Positions 1 through 12,183 of a stretch of 64,000 bases of DNA are shown piece after piece. The notes under the pieces were generated by a model. That model saw only the letters and a program-made list of their open reading frames with translations. It did not search any database and had not been told where the DNA came from. This stretch comes from Guillardia theta CCMP2712 (Eukaryota; Protista; Cryptophyta), in NCBI RefSeq assembly GCF_000315625.1, contig NW_005434647.1, forward strand, positions 176,103-240,102. The letters run 5' to 3'. The stretch's first letter is position 1, and each line of letters starts with the position of its first letter. A program made the translations under genes and the position numbers.

Positions 1-275
1 CGGGAAGCGACCTGCTCTGGAAGCCTCTCAACCATCAGCTTCTCCTCCGCACTCGCAACGACTCTGCCATGGTCCGCTTCGCCGCCCTCCAGGTGGTCAC
101 AGGAGTCGTTCAGCGTCTCGGGGAGGAGTACCTGTCGCTCGTGCCCGAGATGCTCCCCTTCATCGTCGAGGTGCTCGAGGACATGGACGAGCAAGTCGAG
201 ACCTGCGGGCGGCAGCTGGTTGCGCTGCTGGAGACTCACCTTGGGGAGAGTCTCAACGAGTATTTGCGAGCTTAA
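1..275 (+). CDS. UTP10: U3 snoRNP protein UTP10/HEATR1, C-terminal end (gene starts upstream of window)
   Basis: Frame from position 3 reads GSDLLWKPLNHQLLLRTRNDSAMVRFAALQVV...YLSLVPEMLPFIVEVLEDMDEQVE...LETHLGESLNEYL*, the characteristic HEATR1/UTP10 C-terminus. Confidence 0.88.
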   Translation, partial: GSDLLWKPLNHQLLLRTRNDSAMVRFAALQVVTGVVQRLGEEYLSLVPEMLPFIVEVLEDMDEQVETCGRQLVALLETHLGESLNEYLRA

Positions 276-387
276 CCTGTATCTTACTGTTCCATACATC
301 TACATCCTCCTCTCCTCCTGCCTCCTCCTCGCATTCTACGCTTCCCCGCATGCTCTACTCGTCGATCTCAGTCTGGCTGGTACTGTT

Positions 388-2621
388 TCACTCCCCTCCT
401 TTTGCCTTCTGTACAAAAGCGTCAGATCAAGAAGTTGGAGCGACAGCGATGGAGAGGAAGGAAGGAAAAGGTGGAGGAGGGGGTGAGAGCAAGAGAGACG
501 CAGGAGGAGGGGAGGAAGAAAACGAGAGCTACCGAAACAATGATCAAGGATAAGAAGAAAGATAGCGAGCGGGAGGGAGCACCAGGAAGAAAGGACTGAG
601 GACAGAGTCTTCTGGGTTCAATAGAATATCCACCTGGATCATCTGATCGATGGAACTTCCGATGGTGACGATGATGGTGGCAAGGAGCCCGACAGTAGAC
701 ACGAAGGAGATCCTTGCGGCTCTGCAAAGAGACAGTAAGAAGCCTCCCTCCCTCCCTCCCTCCCTCCCTCCCTCCCTCCCTTCTTTCCTTCCTTCGCAAG
801 CAAGCAAGCATGAAGGTACTTGCCTGCGGATAGGGTTGTCGATAGCAAGATCGTTCTCAAAATGTTTGACAGCAAGAGGATACTGTACATTTCTGAGCAT
901 CGCCGTTGCCTGCAACGCAAAATTGAACAATTCAGCGAGAATGCTCAGGGAGGAGGGAGGAGGGAGTCGACAAAATCATCGCTATTCAAGGATTGAAGTA
1001 TCATGACACATCAACTGGAAGTTAAGCGAGCGGAGGAGGAAGCGTCCAAGGAGGACAAGATAAGGAACAGCATGTGCCGCTACCCTACAGACGGCTCACC
1101 TTTTCCCAGCTAAACCGCTCAGCAAAGCTCCGGCCTTGCCTTCCCATTCGCTGCAGACGCTGCTTGTCTGCCTTCAGCTGAAGCACATGTCAGAAACCCT
1201 TTTTGGGGCGCACTGTCTCTCCCCTCCATACTCCCTACTCCTCCTTCCACGACTATGGCACAACAACAACACCGCCTCCGCTTCCTCTTCCTCCTTCCAC
1301 TACCTCCACCACTTCCTCTTCTCACCATCTGGATGTGTTGGCTGATGAGGTCTGAGTCCCCAGGGGGCACCAGGAAGCCCGTCTCTCCTTCAGTGATGAG
1401 GTCGGGGATTCCTCCAGCCTTGGCTCCGATCACAGGCACCCCCGACGCCATGCTCTCCAGCACGACGAACCCGAGGGTCTCGCTGTCACTCGGCATGCAG
1501 AAAACATCCGCTGAGGCGAAGGCTCTCCACAACTTCTCTCCTCGCAGCACGCCAGTGAAGACGGTCTTGGTACCCTCAAAGAGCTGCTTCAGGTCCTTCT
1601 CGTAGGGCCCCGTGCCCACAATCGCCAGACGAACATCCGGGTTGGCGTCGAGCACGGCCCGAAGGTCCTGGATCCTCTTCTCCTTGCCCAGCCGGCCGAC
1701 GTAAAGGAGGAGCATTTCGTCAGGGTTGCCGTCGGTCAGCATCCTCCTGGTCTCCTCGTTCCTCCACTTAGGGTTGAAGCTCTCCGTGTCTATCCCCTTC
1801 CTCCAGACCTCCACTCGCTCGATCCCGTGCTCGAGGAACTCCTCCTTCAGCTGAGGGCTGGTGACCAGCGTCAAGTCTGCCTGGTTGTGGATGAGCTTGA
1901 TAGTGAGCCAGGAGATGTCGACGATGAAGGGGACGAAGCCGAGATAGTTGGCCGCGTACACGGGCAGGTGCGTGTGGTATGAGAGCACGAGGGGGATCTG
2001 GAACCATCTGGCATAGATGGAGGACATGAGGCAGATGAACCCAGGAGTTGTGACGTGCAGGACCTCGGGCTTGAACCTCTCAATCATCTTCATCCCCACG
2101 AGGTTCTGATCGAGGGAGAGGCAGATGAGGTTGTACAAGGAGAAACGGAAGCCCGGGGTGTAGGTGATGGGATAGCCCAGGAAACTCTCCGGAGGGTCCT
2201 GGGAGTCGTCGGGAGTTACGATCTCGATCTGATCCTCCGCTTTCTGCATGTACCGCAGCATCTCCTGGTACCTGTTCGAGTACCCACTGACATGCGTGAA
2301 GGGAGTCGGCTCAACGATGAGGCCGATGCGCCATGGCTCCCTGGTTCGCAGATCCGGGATCTCCACGTCCTCCTCCGTAGCAGGGGCAGATACAGTCTGG
2401 GCAACAGCAACAGCTTCTGACTCGCCTGCTCGTGTCATGGAGAGAGAAAGCAGGCTTGTACCCTTGCAGGCACCAGCGTCTTGCGTTTGCCATCGTGAGC
2501 ATGTCTCGGATCTGGGCGATGCCAGCCGGTTGAAGAGGCGGGCAGGGCTGAGACCGAAGGTCGAGACATAATCTACACCGAAGCATGCGATGAGGAGCAG
2601 AAGAATCGAAGATCTCGTCAT
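388..2621 (-). CDS. SQD2: Sulfoquinovosyldiacylglycerol synthase (GT4 glycosyltransferase), plastid-targeted, ~5 exons
   Basis: VEPTPFTHVSGYSNRY, SYHTHLPVY, LLYVGRLGKEK and MPSDSETLGFVVLESMASG motifs. Spliced continuation LKADKQRLQRMGRQGRSFAERFSWEK / ATAMLRNVQYPLAV / RAARISFVSTVGLLATIIVTIG / KAKGGE* (TGA at 388-390). N-terminal signal peptide followed by 'VST-F'. Confidence 0.9.
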
Positions 2622-3365
2622 CCCTGTGTATACTGCTTGACAAGATCAGAACGATGTTTGCATAACAAGTTTGGTCTGCAGGAGAAGAGTCAGATAATTA
2701 CAATCAGGTAGATCAGAACGGCACTATGCATTGGTGTCTGCTTTGCTACGAGTCTTCAACCTACGTCTGCCCTCTACTTGAGCATAGAGCTTACAGTATC
2801 ACCTGCATTACCAACTACTCGATCTTTGTCATGGTCTCTGACACCCTCCCCTCTCTGAATTCTTGTCCTCCTCTCCCGCTGTCATCGTCGACGTCAATCT
2901 CCTCGCCAAATTTCCTGTCCTACAGGCTGTGCATCCCGTCGTTACACCTCCTCCCTTCTCCGTCCCTTCATCCTAGTCGCAGCATCTTCATCGTCTTCGT
3001 CACTGCCAACTTCATCATGCTGATTCTTCTCCTCTTCTCATCCCTCTGTCATGAACAACCTCGCTTCCCGCCATCACATGCAAGGGCTCCCGCAGACTAC
3101 GCCTGTTGGGTACCCCCTCGTACTCATCCATCCTAGACCCCTACCCCCCTAAATGACTAAGAAATGATATCAAATAACCCCATCATTTTCCTTTTACTAC
3201 CCCTACCCCCAAGAAGACTCTTGACCCTGCAAAGCACAGGACTGACAGAGCACGGGACGGCCTCGCATTACGGTCTCCCATCTATGGTGGTTACCAGAAT
3301 GGTCCCCCGGAACTCGCGGTTACTTCCCATCGCCCACAAAATTTAGACCAAATTTCGGTCGAACA

Positions 3366-4246
3366 ATGCAGGAAGCAATGCTCAAGGCGGTGGTCGGAGT
3401 CGGAAGTTTCATGGCACTGGCCATGGCGCACAGGAGGGAGGCTGCGGCAAAGACTGTCGGCAACGATCTCTCGTCAGTGTCCTACGAGGTTGTACCTCCT
3501 GCTTGCTCTGTACTTCCACTGTGACACTAATGCGCCCCCCGCAAACGCCTGTCCTCCACCTTGCCAGCTGCTGACTCGACCTATCTTCTGAACATGGAGG
3601 AGAATGGTTGGGGATAGCATGCATGCTTGAGCTAGCAATGTCCGTGTGCTAAGAGCTATCGTGCGCGCCGAGGACGGGGCGATGTCTCAGTCGAGAGCAG
3701 ATGCGCCTCTTTGCTCGCGCTTCCTTGTACTTTGCTGCCCGTGATATGGTATCGACGTCTTTCCATCTCAAAATGTTCATGTGTGCTGTGTCACATCAAT
3801 GACAGTCAGTCCTCCTCTCCCTGCTCTCGCATGACACCTTCGCGCAGGTGGAAGCGAAGCATATTGAATTCTTGAACGCCATGATCAAGAAGTTCAGCAT
3901 CAAGGATCTGGACAAAGCGGTGAGGATTGCTGTGCAGTTCGCCATATCAGACGGCAATGCCGATGCACTCTTCGTCAAGAAACGATGCAACACGTGCGGC
4001 GGCAAGAAGAACAAGAACAAGGTCACGGTGAAGCTCTACAAGCACCAGGTTGAGTTTCTGGAACAAACTCAGAAGAAGTTCAACATCAAGTCAGTGGATG
4101 TGAGGGCCAACTGTTCGCATCTAGTTTACATGTAACGCTGACCTCCCTCACCCCAGAAAACTCTCCGCTGCATCCTGGAGTACGCGGAGACCGACGGGGA
4201 CAAGGACTTCATCTTCAACAAGACCCGCTGCAAGATGTGCGGGTGA
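3366..4246 (+). CDS. Small protein with two tandem ribbon-helix-helix-like repeats, each ending in RCxxCG (exons 3366-3488, 3848-4099, 4157-4246)
   Basis: Three exons join in frame across GT-AG introns. Repeat 1: HIEFLNAMIKKFSIKDLDKAVRIAVQFAISDGNADALFVKKRCNTCG. Repeat 2: HQVEFLEQTQKKFNIKSVDKTLRCILEYAETDGDKDFIFNKTRCKMCG. Confidence 0.8.
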
Positions 4247-4264
4247 TCTCAGGACCCCCGCCGG

Positions 4265-7200
4265 TCATGCCGGGCTGAGGAAGTTGCGGATGTCCTTGCA
4301 GCCTATGGAGGAGGAGGACGCCCTTGCGATCTTGCGCCTCTTGTGTAGAGAGTTGGTCTCTGACTGGTGGCAGCGAGTGCACAGCGTGCGGAACCCCGAA
4401 ATATCGATCATTCCTCCTCCCTCGCACACCGGCCTGATGTGATCCGCCTGTCCGCGGAGTCAGATTCTGAGACAGCGCACGCTCCCCTGTGTTGGTCTTG
4501 CCTGCCAGAAATCGCCCTCGGTCGGGTGCGTTAGGATGGCCTCCGAGCGGCCCTTGATGGGAATGCCGCTTTCCATGAGGGCGGAGAGGCGCTCTGGTCC
4601 CTGGGGAGGAAGAGTGAGGCGTTGGAGGAGAGGGCACAGAAGGACTGGATGGTAGAAGGATCAGGGGGAGGAGATGGAAGGGGAAGAAAGAGAGGAGGAG
4701 GGCGGGGGGTGGGCAGAGGAAGATGAGGGGAGTAGACTCTTGTGTCTTGAACCTTGGGAAGGCATTTGATGCGCTTGAAGAGACTGTGCGCATCCATGCC
4801 GCACAGCTGACAGACGCCCTTCTCCAGCTCGTAAAGCTGCTGGGAGGGTGAGACGTTTGCGGCAGCACGAGATCTTGGTAGACCTGCCGCCTGACAGATG
4901 CAGAGGAGGCGCAAGTAGCGTATTCCTCGCTGCACTTGTGCGAGCAGAAGTTGGCTCGAAACCTCTCCATCCTCTGCTCGCTCTGCTCCAGGCGCTTGCC
5001 GCACCAGCTGCAGAGGTCAGGGCTGCAGAAGGGAAGCTCGGAGGAGTGACGCTGAGTAGTCGGGTGTTGGGCTCCTTCCCTTCGATTCGCCACGTTTCCT
5101 GGTCGACGTCAGATCGAGCAGCCCCGACAAACCCCCGCGTGCTGCCGACCTGACTTGAGGAGCGCGGCGGTGAGAGAAGAGACGAGGGTGTCTGACAGCT
5201 GCTTCTTCTCCACTGCCCGAAGCTTCTTCCATCTGTCGTGGAACTCTCTCACGCAGCGCAAAGCGGCAGGATCAGCCGTCAGGAACGCAGGAAGGAGAGT
5301 TCCAGTAGAGTCTTCCAGCTCGGACGGATGCACGCTGCCCATGAGAAGTTTGCCTTCCATGTCCTCGTAGACGTACAAACGCTGCGTGTTCCCTGATACT
5401 TGAAAGCAAAGCTTTCGTAGCTTTCAGATTTTGATGGTGCATGGAGTGAGAAGACGGGTACCTTTCGTTTGGGCCCGGCTGCTTCCAAAGTACATTGCGC
5501 CTGAGACGATTCCACCATATCAACTGCAGCAATTTCCTATCATAAATGAGTTCAATCAAAGTTGCAGGTTTTCATGACAGGCAATCTCAGACCTCATCGT
5601 CATCGAGATGGATCCTCACTAGTACCAACTCAACGTCATGCCCAACACAAACGAGTTCTACTATTACCAGAGACTGGTGTAGAGTTTTCCTCGGCATCGC
5701 AAAGATCGATCACATCACCGGTCGATTTAGACTCTAACACTGACTCCTTGGGCTTTCTCGGCCTCCCGCACCTCGGATCGAAGAAAGAACGAATGTCTGG
5801 TTTCCCAGGAGTGACAGCAAGTTCATTGAAGACTTCGTCGTCGTCCGGTAGGGTGAACGAGAGTTCGCTGCTGTCCCGGCGGCCTCCGGCAACCCTCTCC
5901 GCCTCCAGTCTCTGCTTCTTCCCATTCAGCGTGTGGCTCACCACCGACAGCTTGCGAGTCAACAGCCGCCAGATGCATTCGTCAAGCGTTTGTCGCGCTA
6001 CAAGGTAGTGCACATTGACAGAGGCGGTCTGCCCGATGCGATGAGCTCGGTCCTCTGCCTGCACCATCACGCCAGGCGTCACATGCAGTTCGGCGAACAC
6101 AACTGCCGAGGCTGCTGTCAACGTCAGCCCCTGACCCGCTGCCTGCAGACCCAAAACCTGAACCACCTTGCGTCACAATGCATACTGCTGGACATACTTG
6201 TTGAGGTACCGCCACACGCACATCAGAACGGGTCTGAAATTTCTTGACAAGGTCTGGTCTATCGCTAGCGGAAACACCCCCGTCTATCCTGATGTATCCC
6301 ACCTGTACGCTCGTCACTCTCCTACACATTTGTTAATCTCATTGCTTCGTGCCTTTGCTCTGCAGAGCTCCTTTTCCAAAGTGTCCAGTACCGCCAAGTA
6401 GTGAGCAAAGATCAGTAACTTCGCTCCTCCCTCCACCAAGTCCATCATGTACTGTGCTGCTAATTCTGCCTTCGCCAAAGCGGTCTGGAATAGAAGAAGA
6501 TGATTAGTCGGAAGTGTGCTGAAGCAAACAAGAATGTACCTGTTTGGTCAGTTCACCCCAGACCACGTTACGCTCGAAACCGTCGAGTCCGCCCATCTTG
6601 TTCATGTTTTCTCTGATAGACTTCAAAGAGTTCTGATCTAGCTCAAGCTGAACACCCCAGTAAGGACGATGAGAGGTCAGTCTAGTAAAGTTCAAAGACC
6701 GGGATGTGCTGTCGACGTTTCGCTGGCAGTTCACTCATCACGTCATTCTTGAGCCGTCGGATCATGATCGACTGCAACTACAGATGTGTCACGCTATGAC
6801 ATTCGGCTCCATTTCCTCACCTTGTCATGCAGCTCCTCTATGTGTGTCGCTCCTCTACATTCCCAGCCGAATCGACCTCGACGCCCGTCACAATACCTAG
6901 TGGTGTACTCCGTCCAGGATCCAAAGGTCTTGTCAGCGATCATGGTGATCTGTGAGAACAGCTCTGCAGGGCGATTCAAGGCAGGCGTCCCAGAGAGCAG
7001 GACGCATCTGCGCGCTTGTTTGGCCAACCTCATCACAGCTTTTGTCCGCTTCGTGTCTTTGTTCTTGCAGTAATGACTCTCGTCCACTATGATGGTGCGA
7101 AACCCGCAGCCGATCAGACTTGTCTGGAGGAAATCGCTCCGGGACAAGAGGTCGTAAGTAACGATCACCATCTTTGCCGTCTTCAAGTTGTCCACGTCCG

Positions 7201-8029
7201 TACTTGATCTCACTACTTTGATGTCTCCAGGACGCAAATCAGTCAGCCACTTTTCCAGCTCCTCGGCCCAAACCCATCTCATCGAGGCCGGCATGAGGCA
7301 GACCACAGGCCAGTCCTGGGAGAACACGCAAGCTATGGCTATTGCCTGCAACGTCTTGCCCAGCCCCATCTCATCTGCAATCAGCACCCTTCCTCCATGC
7401 GATATCCCAAACTTGACTCCCTCCTTCTGGAACGGCATAAGTGCCGATTCTATGTTCCCTGGGATCAGCTTGTAGAGATCCTCCGCCTCCTCCCCTCGCG
7501 TTCCGTGTCGTTCAGCTCCCTCGCAGCTAGCATGTACACTCTTCACGCTGCGATTGCTGCTACTCCTGCAACTGTGTCCGGTATGATCGGCATCATTCCT
7601 ACGCTCCTCTACCTCGCTCGTGCGATGCCGGTTACTGGACCTTGACGGATGTACCCGTTTCGCTCCTTGTTGAGCATGCTGACAGTCCACTCCATCTACG
7701 TGGATGGCTTCTGCTGCCGAGCTACAAGGAGCTGACGTGGAGCAAGCTCTCTGCATACCCGGAGATAACCTGTCTTCTCTCCCGTGCTCCTGTGCCTTTC
7801 CTTCCCAAATCTCGATTCCGGATGCGATGATCTCATCCGAACCATGACTGTGTTGACCATGATGACGATGACGCCGATGTCGCATCTCCTTCTCATCAGC
7901 GTTGATGATTTTATCTTGCTCCTCCTCCTCCTCCTCCTCCTCCTCCTCCTCCTCCTCCTCCTCCATGAGATCGAAGCTCTGCAGGAGGGAACGCGAGCCC
8001 AAAGAGGTTCCCGCCATTCTGCCCGCCAT
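4265..8029 (-). CDS. ZRANB3: SNF2-family annealing helicase with C-terminal HNH endonuclease (ZRANB3-like), multi-exon
   Basis: LIADEMGLGKTLQA, IIVDESH, LLSGTPALNRP and QAEDRAHRIGQ helicase motifs; PIP-like KPDIRSFF; CSWCG/FCSHKC and CQLCG Zn motifs; last exon WQADHIRPVCEGGG...FRTLCTRCH (HNH) ending KDIRNFLSPA*. Confidence 0.9.
7919..7964 (-). repeat. (GAG)n coding microsatellite giving a poly-Glu tract in the ZRANB3 N-terminus
   Basis: Perfect (cct)n run on the + strand. Confidence 0.9.
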
Positions 8030-8505
8030 TTCGCCAGTCGCCGGGGCGCCCGGGGTCCCCGCCGGCGCGCCGGGCCCCGTGCCGACAGCCGTGACTGCTA
8101 GCAGAGGCCCGGGTGACTCGCCGCGCCGTCGGAACCTGAACCGTTCAACGCCGGGCGTACGGCGGCGGCACGGTTTTCAAGTATCCGAGTACGAGGACAA
8201 TAACAGTACCGGGCCCGACTCCCTCTCATGCCCGAATCAAATGAACTGTTGATGTTTGCTAAGTTCCTTCTGAGTAAGAAAACAGCTCAGCTGGCAAAAG
8301 GAAAATCAATCATCGGCGATCAAACGGAACTTAGCTTCAAAAGTTTCATTCAAGTTCAAAGGCTTCAAATCAATTGCAGGCAGGATTCAAGGCTCGAAGT
8401 TAGGCCGCGCAGTTGCTAAGGCTACCGCAACACTGCCGCTGCGAGTCTATTCGGATACTCTATAGTAATCTGACACAGACTGCCCACATCCGAGGCTCCG
8501 CATTA

Positions 8506-10023
8506 CTATATTTTGTTGTCCGACGCCGCCGTAGCCACGGCTGGCTTTGCCATAAGCAACACTGCGCACCAAACCGCCACAGCCCAGCACAAGGCTGCAA
8601 ACACTGTGATGGCGATCTTGAAACACGGAGACGTCAGGCGGGGTCATCGCGCGGAAACACGAGAGGCTACCTGGGTCTGCAGGTGGATATTCTCCTTCAA
8701 CATGTCATAGCCTTGCTCGTAGCCCAGCATGTCGCTGTCGTATCGGAGCTTCCACTGCAGCACATGTCACGCGTCCGATCCCTTGCACGCTTCTCCTATC
8801 CACGACCTTCCCGTTGACACAAACGCGCGGCTTGCCCGACCCAGAGTAGGTGTCGCCGTGGAGACAACTGGGAGTGAATCAAGGTCATGCGGCTGTCTGA
8901 GGCCACAAGCTTCCCACACTCACTCGTAGCACTTGTTGTTCACACAGTGACCTTGCCAGTCGATCACGCTCGTGTAGAAGCTGAACCTGGAGGCATCACA
9001 GCTTCAATGGCCGACCAACGGCTCCAGGCAGGTCGTCACCCGCCGCCACTGAGTGTACCCGACTCCATGCACTTCTGCTGTATAGTCAAGTCCTTGCTGA
9101 CGGACTCCTGCGGAAAGCCGACAGGTCCAACAGTCAGAAAGCAGAGCACGCGGCGGGTCAGTCAGAGGCTACCGGGAGGCAGATGGACGCGGCCTGGTAG
9201 AATTGGGGGATCGCCGTCTTCTCCTTGCTGCAAGTCCCGGTACTGGGCGTTGGGGTTACAGGAGAGGACAGGCTTGCTCGCAGCTGCTAGATGGCCCACT
9301 CACCCGTCATTGATGCAACTGATTTCCTGGCTCGTCTGAAAGGCGTTGGGGATAAACTTCCCACAGAAGCGATTCTTGTTTCTCTCATGGATCATCCTGG
9401 TTTCGTAGTAGCCGGTTGGGTAGTAGTAACCATTCCAGTAGTAACCACTATAGACGTAGTAACTGTTGTTGTAAATCTTGTTCCTGGAAGCATCAAAACG
9501 AAGTCAGCCTAGCGGTATCAAAAGCCAAGACAAGTGTATACTCGTAGACATTCGAGACAAGGTCTTGGCTGATCTCGTCAATCGTATTGCACAAGTCATC
9601 ATGTCCGTCCGGCAGCTCTCTCTTCTTGCAGATGCTTCTGATTTTCAAGTCCTTGTAGACGCCATAGTACTGCTTCACTTTCGCTTGATCAGCCGCGATG
9701 TACTTGCCCAAGTTTTCGAAAGCGCCTGAAATCTGGGACAGGGAAAGGTCTTGCGCACAATACTGATCCAGATCGCAGTCGAAGTCAGTTGTGCATTGCA
9801 CACACACACCGACAAAGGTGTAGGGCTCTTTGGTGTCTGCAGATTGAGTCAACCCCGTGTCGTTCCAGAGGGGCAGACAAATGGGGTAACTCTTGTCACT
9901 GCAATCAGCCTGCACATGGCACTGGGAGTACGAGGGAGCTGACGCGCTGGCAGGGGCTGCAGGGGCGGCGAGGAGAAGGAGAAGGAGGAGGGAGGGGGAA
10001 GTCGACAGGAGCTTGCTGTTCAT
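8506..10023 (-). CDS. Cys-rich type I membrane/surface protein, copy A (multi-exon)
   Basis: Signal peptide MNSKLLSTSPSLLLLLLLAAPAAPASA; CxxxxDC/CxxC repeats; a Tyr-rich exon; C-terminal TM IAITVFAALCWAVAVWCAVLLM followed by AKPAVATAASDNKI*. Confidence 0.75.
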
Positions 10024-12183
10024 GTTGTATGCGCTGCGCTCGCTTGCGTTAGCTAGGAGTCACTGACAGCTTGAAATAGCGTCACGTTACGCCTCCTGGC
10101 TCTGACCCACAAGAGTCATGACAAAGTTCACCATCCACCCACCCCATGAAGTTGCCTCCAGGATGCCAGAGTAGGACCGGGTCCTAGAACCCTTGACCGC
10201 CCGTATGCCTTGNNNNNNNNNNNNNNNNNNNNNNNNNNNNNNNNNNNNNNNNNNNNNNNNNNNNNNNNNNNNNNNNNNNNNNNNNNNNNNNNNNNNNNNN
10301 NNNNNNNNNNNNGGTACAATGCATACGGGCGGTTCTAGGACCCGGTCCTATCCTGGAGGTAACTTCAGCCTCCTTCAGGCAGGCGCAATGACGCTACGCC
10401 TCCTGGCTCTGACCCCTCCTGCTGGGCTGGCACATGACGACAAGTGTCATCACTAAAGTTCACCATCCACCGACCGGGTCCTAGAATACAATGCATACGG
10501 GCGGTTCTAGGACCCGGTCCTATTCCTGAATCCTGGCAGGCAGGCGCAAGGCATACGGGCGGTCAAGGGTTCTAGGACCCGGTCCTACTCTGGCATCCTG
10601 GAGGCAACTTCATGGGGTGGGTGGATGGTGAACTTTGTCATGACTCTTGTGGGTCAGAGCCAGGAGGCGTAACGTGACGCTATTTCAAGCTGTCAGTGAC
10701 TCCTAGCTAACGCAAGCGAGCGCAGCGCATACAACATGAACAGCAAGCTCCTGTCGACTTCCCCCTCCCTCCTCCTTCTCCTTCTCCTCGCCGCCCCTGC
10801 AGCCCCTGCCAGCGCGTCAGCTCCCTCGTACTCCCAGTGCCATGTGCAGGCTGATTGCAGTGACAAGAGTTACCCCATTTGTCTGCCCCTCTGGAGCGAC
10901 ACGGGGTTGACTCAATCTGCAGACACCAAAGAGCCCTACACCTTTGTCGGTGTGTGTGTGCAATGCACAACTGACTTCGACTGCGATCTGGATCAGTATT
11001 GTGCGCAAGACCTTTCCCTGTCCCAGATTTCAGGCGCTTTCGAAAACTTGGGCAAGTACATCGCGGCTGATCAAGCGAAAGTGAAGCAGTACTATGGCGT
11101 CTACAAGGACTTGAAAATCAGAAGCATCTGCAAGAAGAGAGAGCTGCCGGACGGACATGATGACTTGTGCAATACGATTGACGAGATCCGCCAAGGCCTG
11201 GTCTCGAATGTCTACGAGTATACACTTGTCTTGGCTTTTGATACCGCTAGGCTGACTTCGTTTTGATGCTTCCAGGAACAAGATTTACAACAACAGTTAC
11301 TACGTCTATAGTGGTTACTACTACAGGTTGATCCATGAGAGAAACAAGAATCGCTTCTGTGGGAAGTTTATCCCCAACGCCTTTCAGACGAGCCAGGAAA
11401 TCAGTTGCATCAATGACGGGTGAGTGGGCCATCTAGCAGCTGCGAGCAAGCCTGTCCTCTCCTGTAACCCCAACGCCCAGTACCGGGACTTGCAGCAAGG
11501 AGAAGACGGCGATCCCCCAATTCTACCAGGCCGCGTCCATCTGCCTCCCGGTAGCCTCTGACTGACCCGCCGCGTGCTCTGCTTTCTGACTGTTGGACCT
11601 GTCGGCTTTCCGCAGGAGTCCGTCAGCAAGGACTTGACTATACAGCAGAAGTGCATGGAGTCGGGTACACTCAGTGGCGGCGGGTGACGACCTGCCTGGA
11701 GCCGTTGGTCGGCCATTGAAGCTGTGATGCCTCCAGGTTCAGCTTCTACACGAGCGTGATCGACTGGCAAGGTCACTGTGTGAACAACAAGTGCTACGAG
11801 TGAGTGTGGGAAGCTTGTGGCCTCAGACAGCCGCATGACCTTGATTCACTCCCAGTTGTCTCCACGGCGACACCTACTCTGGGTCGGGCAAGCCGCGCGT
11901 TTGTGTCAACGGGAAGGTCGTGGATAGGAGAAGCGTGCAAGGGATCGGACGCGTGACATGTGCTGCAGTGGAAGCTCCGATACGACAGCGACATGCTGGG
12001 CTACGAGCAAGGCTATGACATGTTGAAGGAGAATATCCACCTGCAGACCCAGGTAGCCTCTCGTGTTTCCGCGCGATGACCCCGCCTGACGTCTCCGTGT
12101 TTCAAGATCGCCATCACAGTGTTTGCAGCCTTGTGCTGGGCTGTGGCGGTTTGGTGCGCAGTGTTGCTTATGACAAAGCCAGC
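8540..12183. repeat. Large inverted repeat: arms 8540-10212 and 10547-12183
   Basis: Mirror ORFs in the track are identical or nearly so. Coordinate sums are constant (20759 inside, 20723 beyond a 36-nt indel). Confidence 0.95.
10213..10312. other. Assembly gap (100 N)
   Basis: Run of n. Confidence 1.

Noticed and set aside
10313-10600. CRISPR-like repeated GGTTCTAGGACCCGGTCCT units
   Set aside because: Eukaryotic context, irregular spacing, non-unique spacers and no cas genes.
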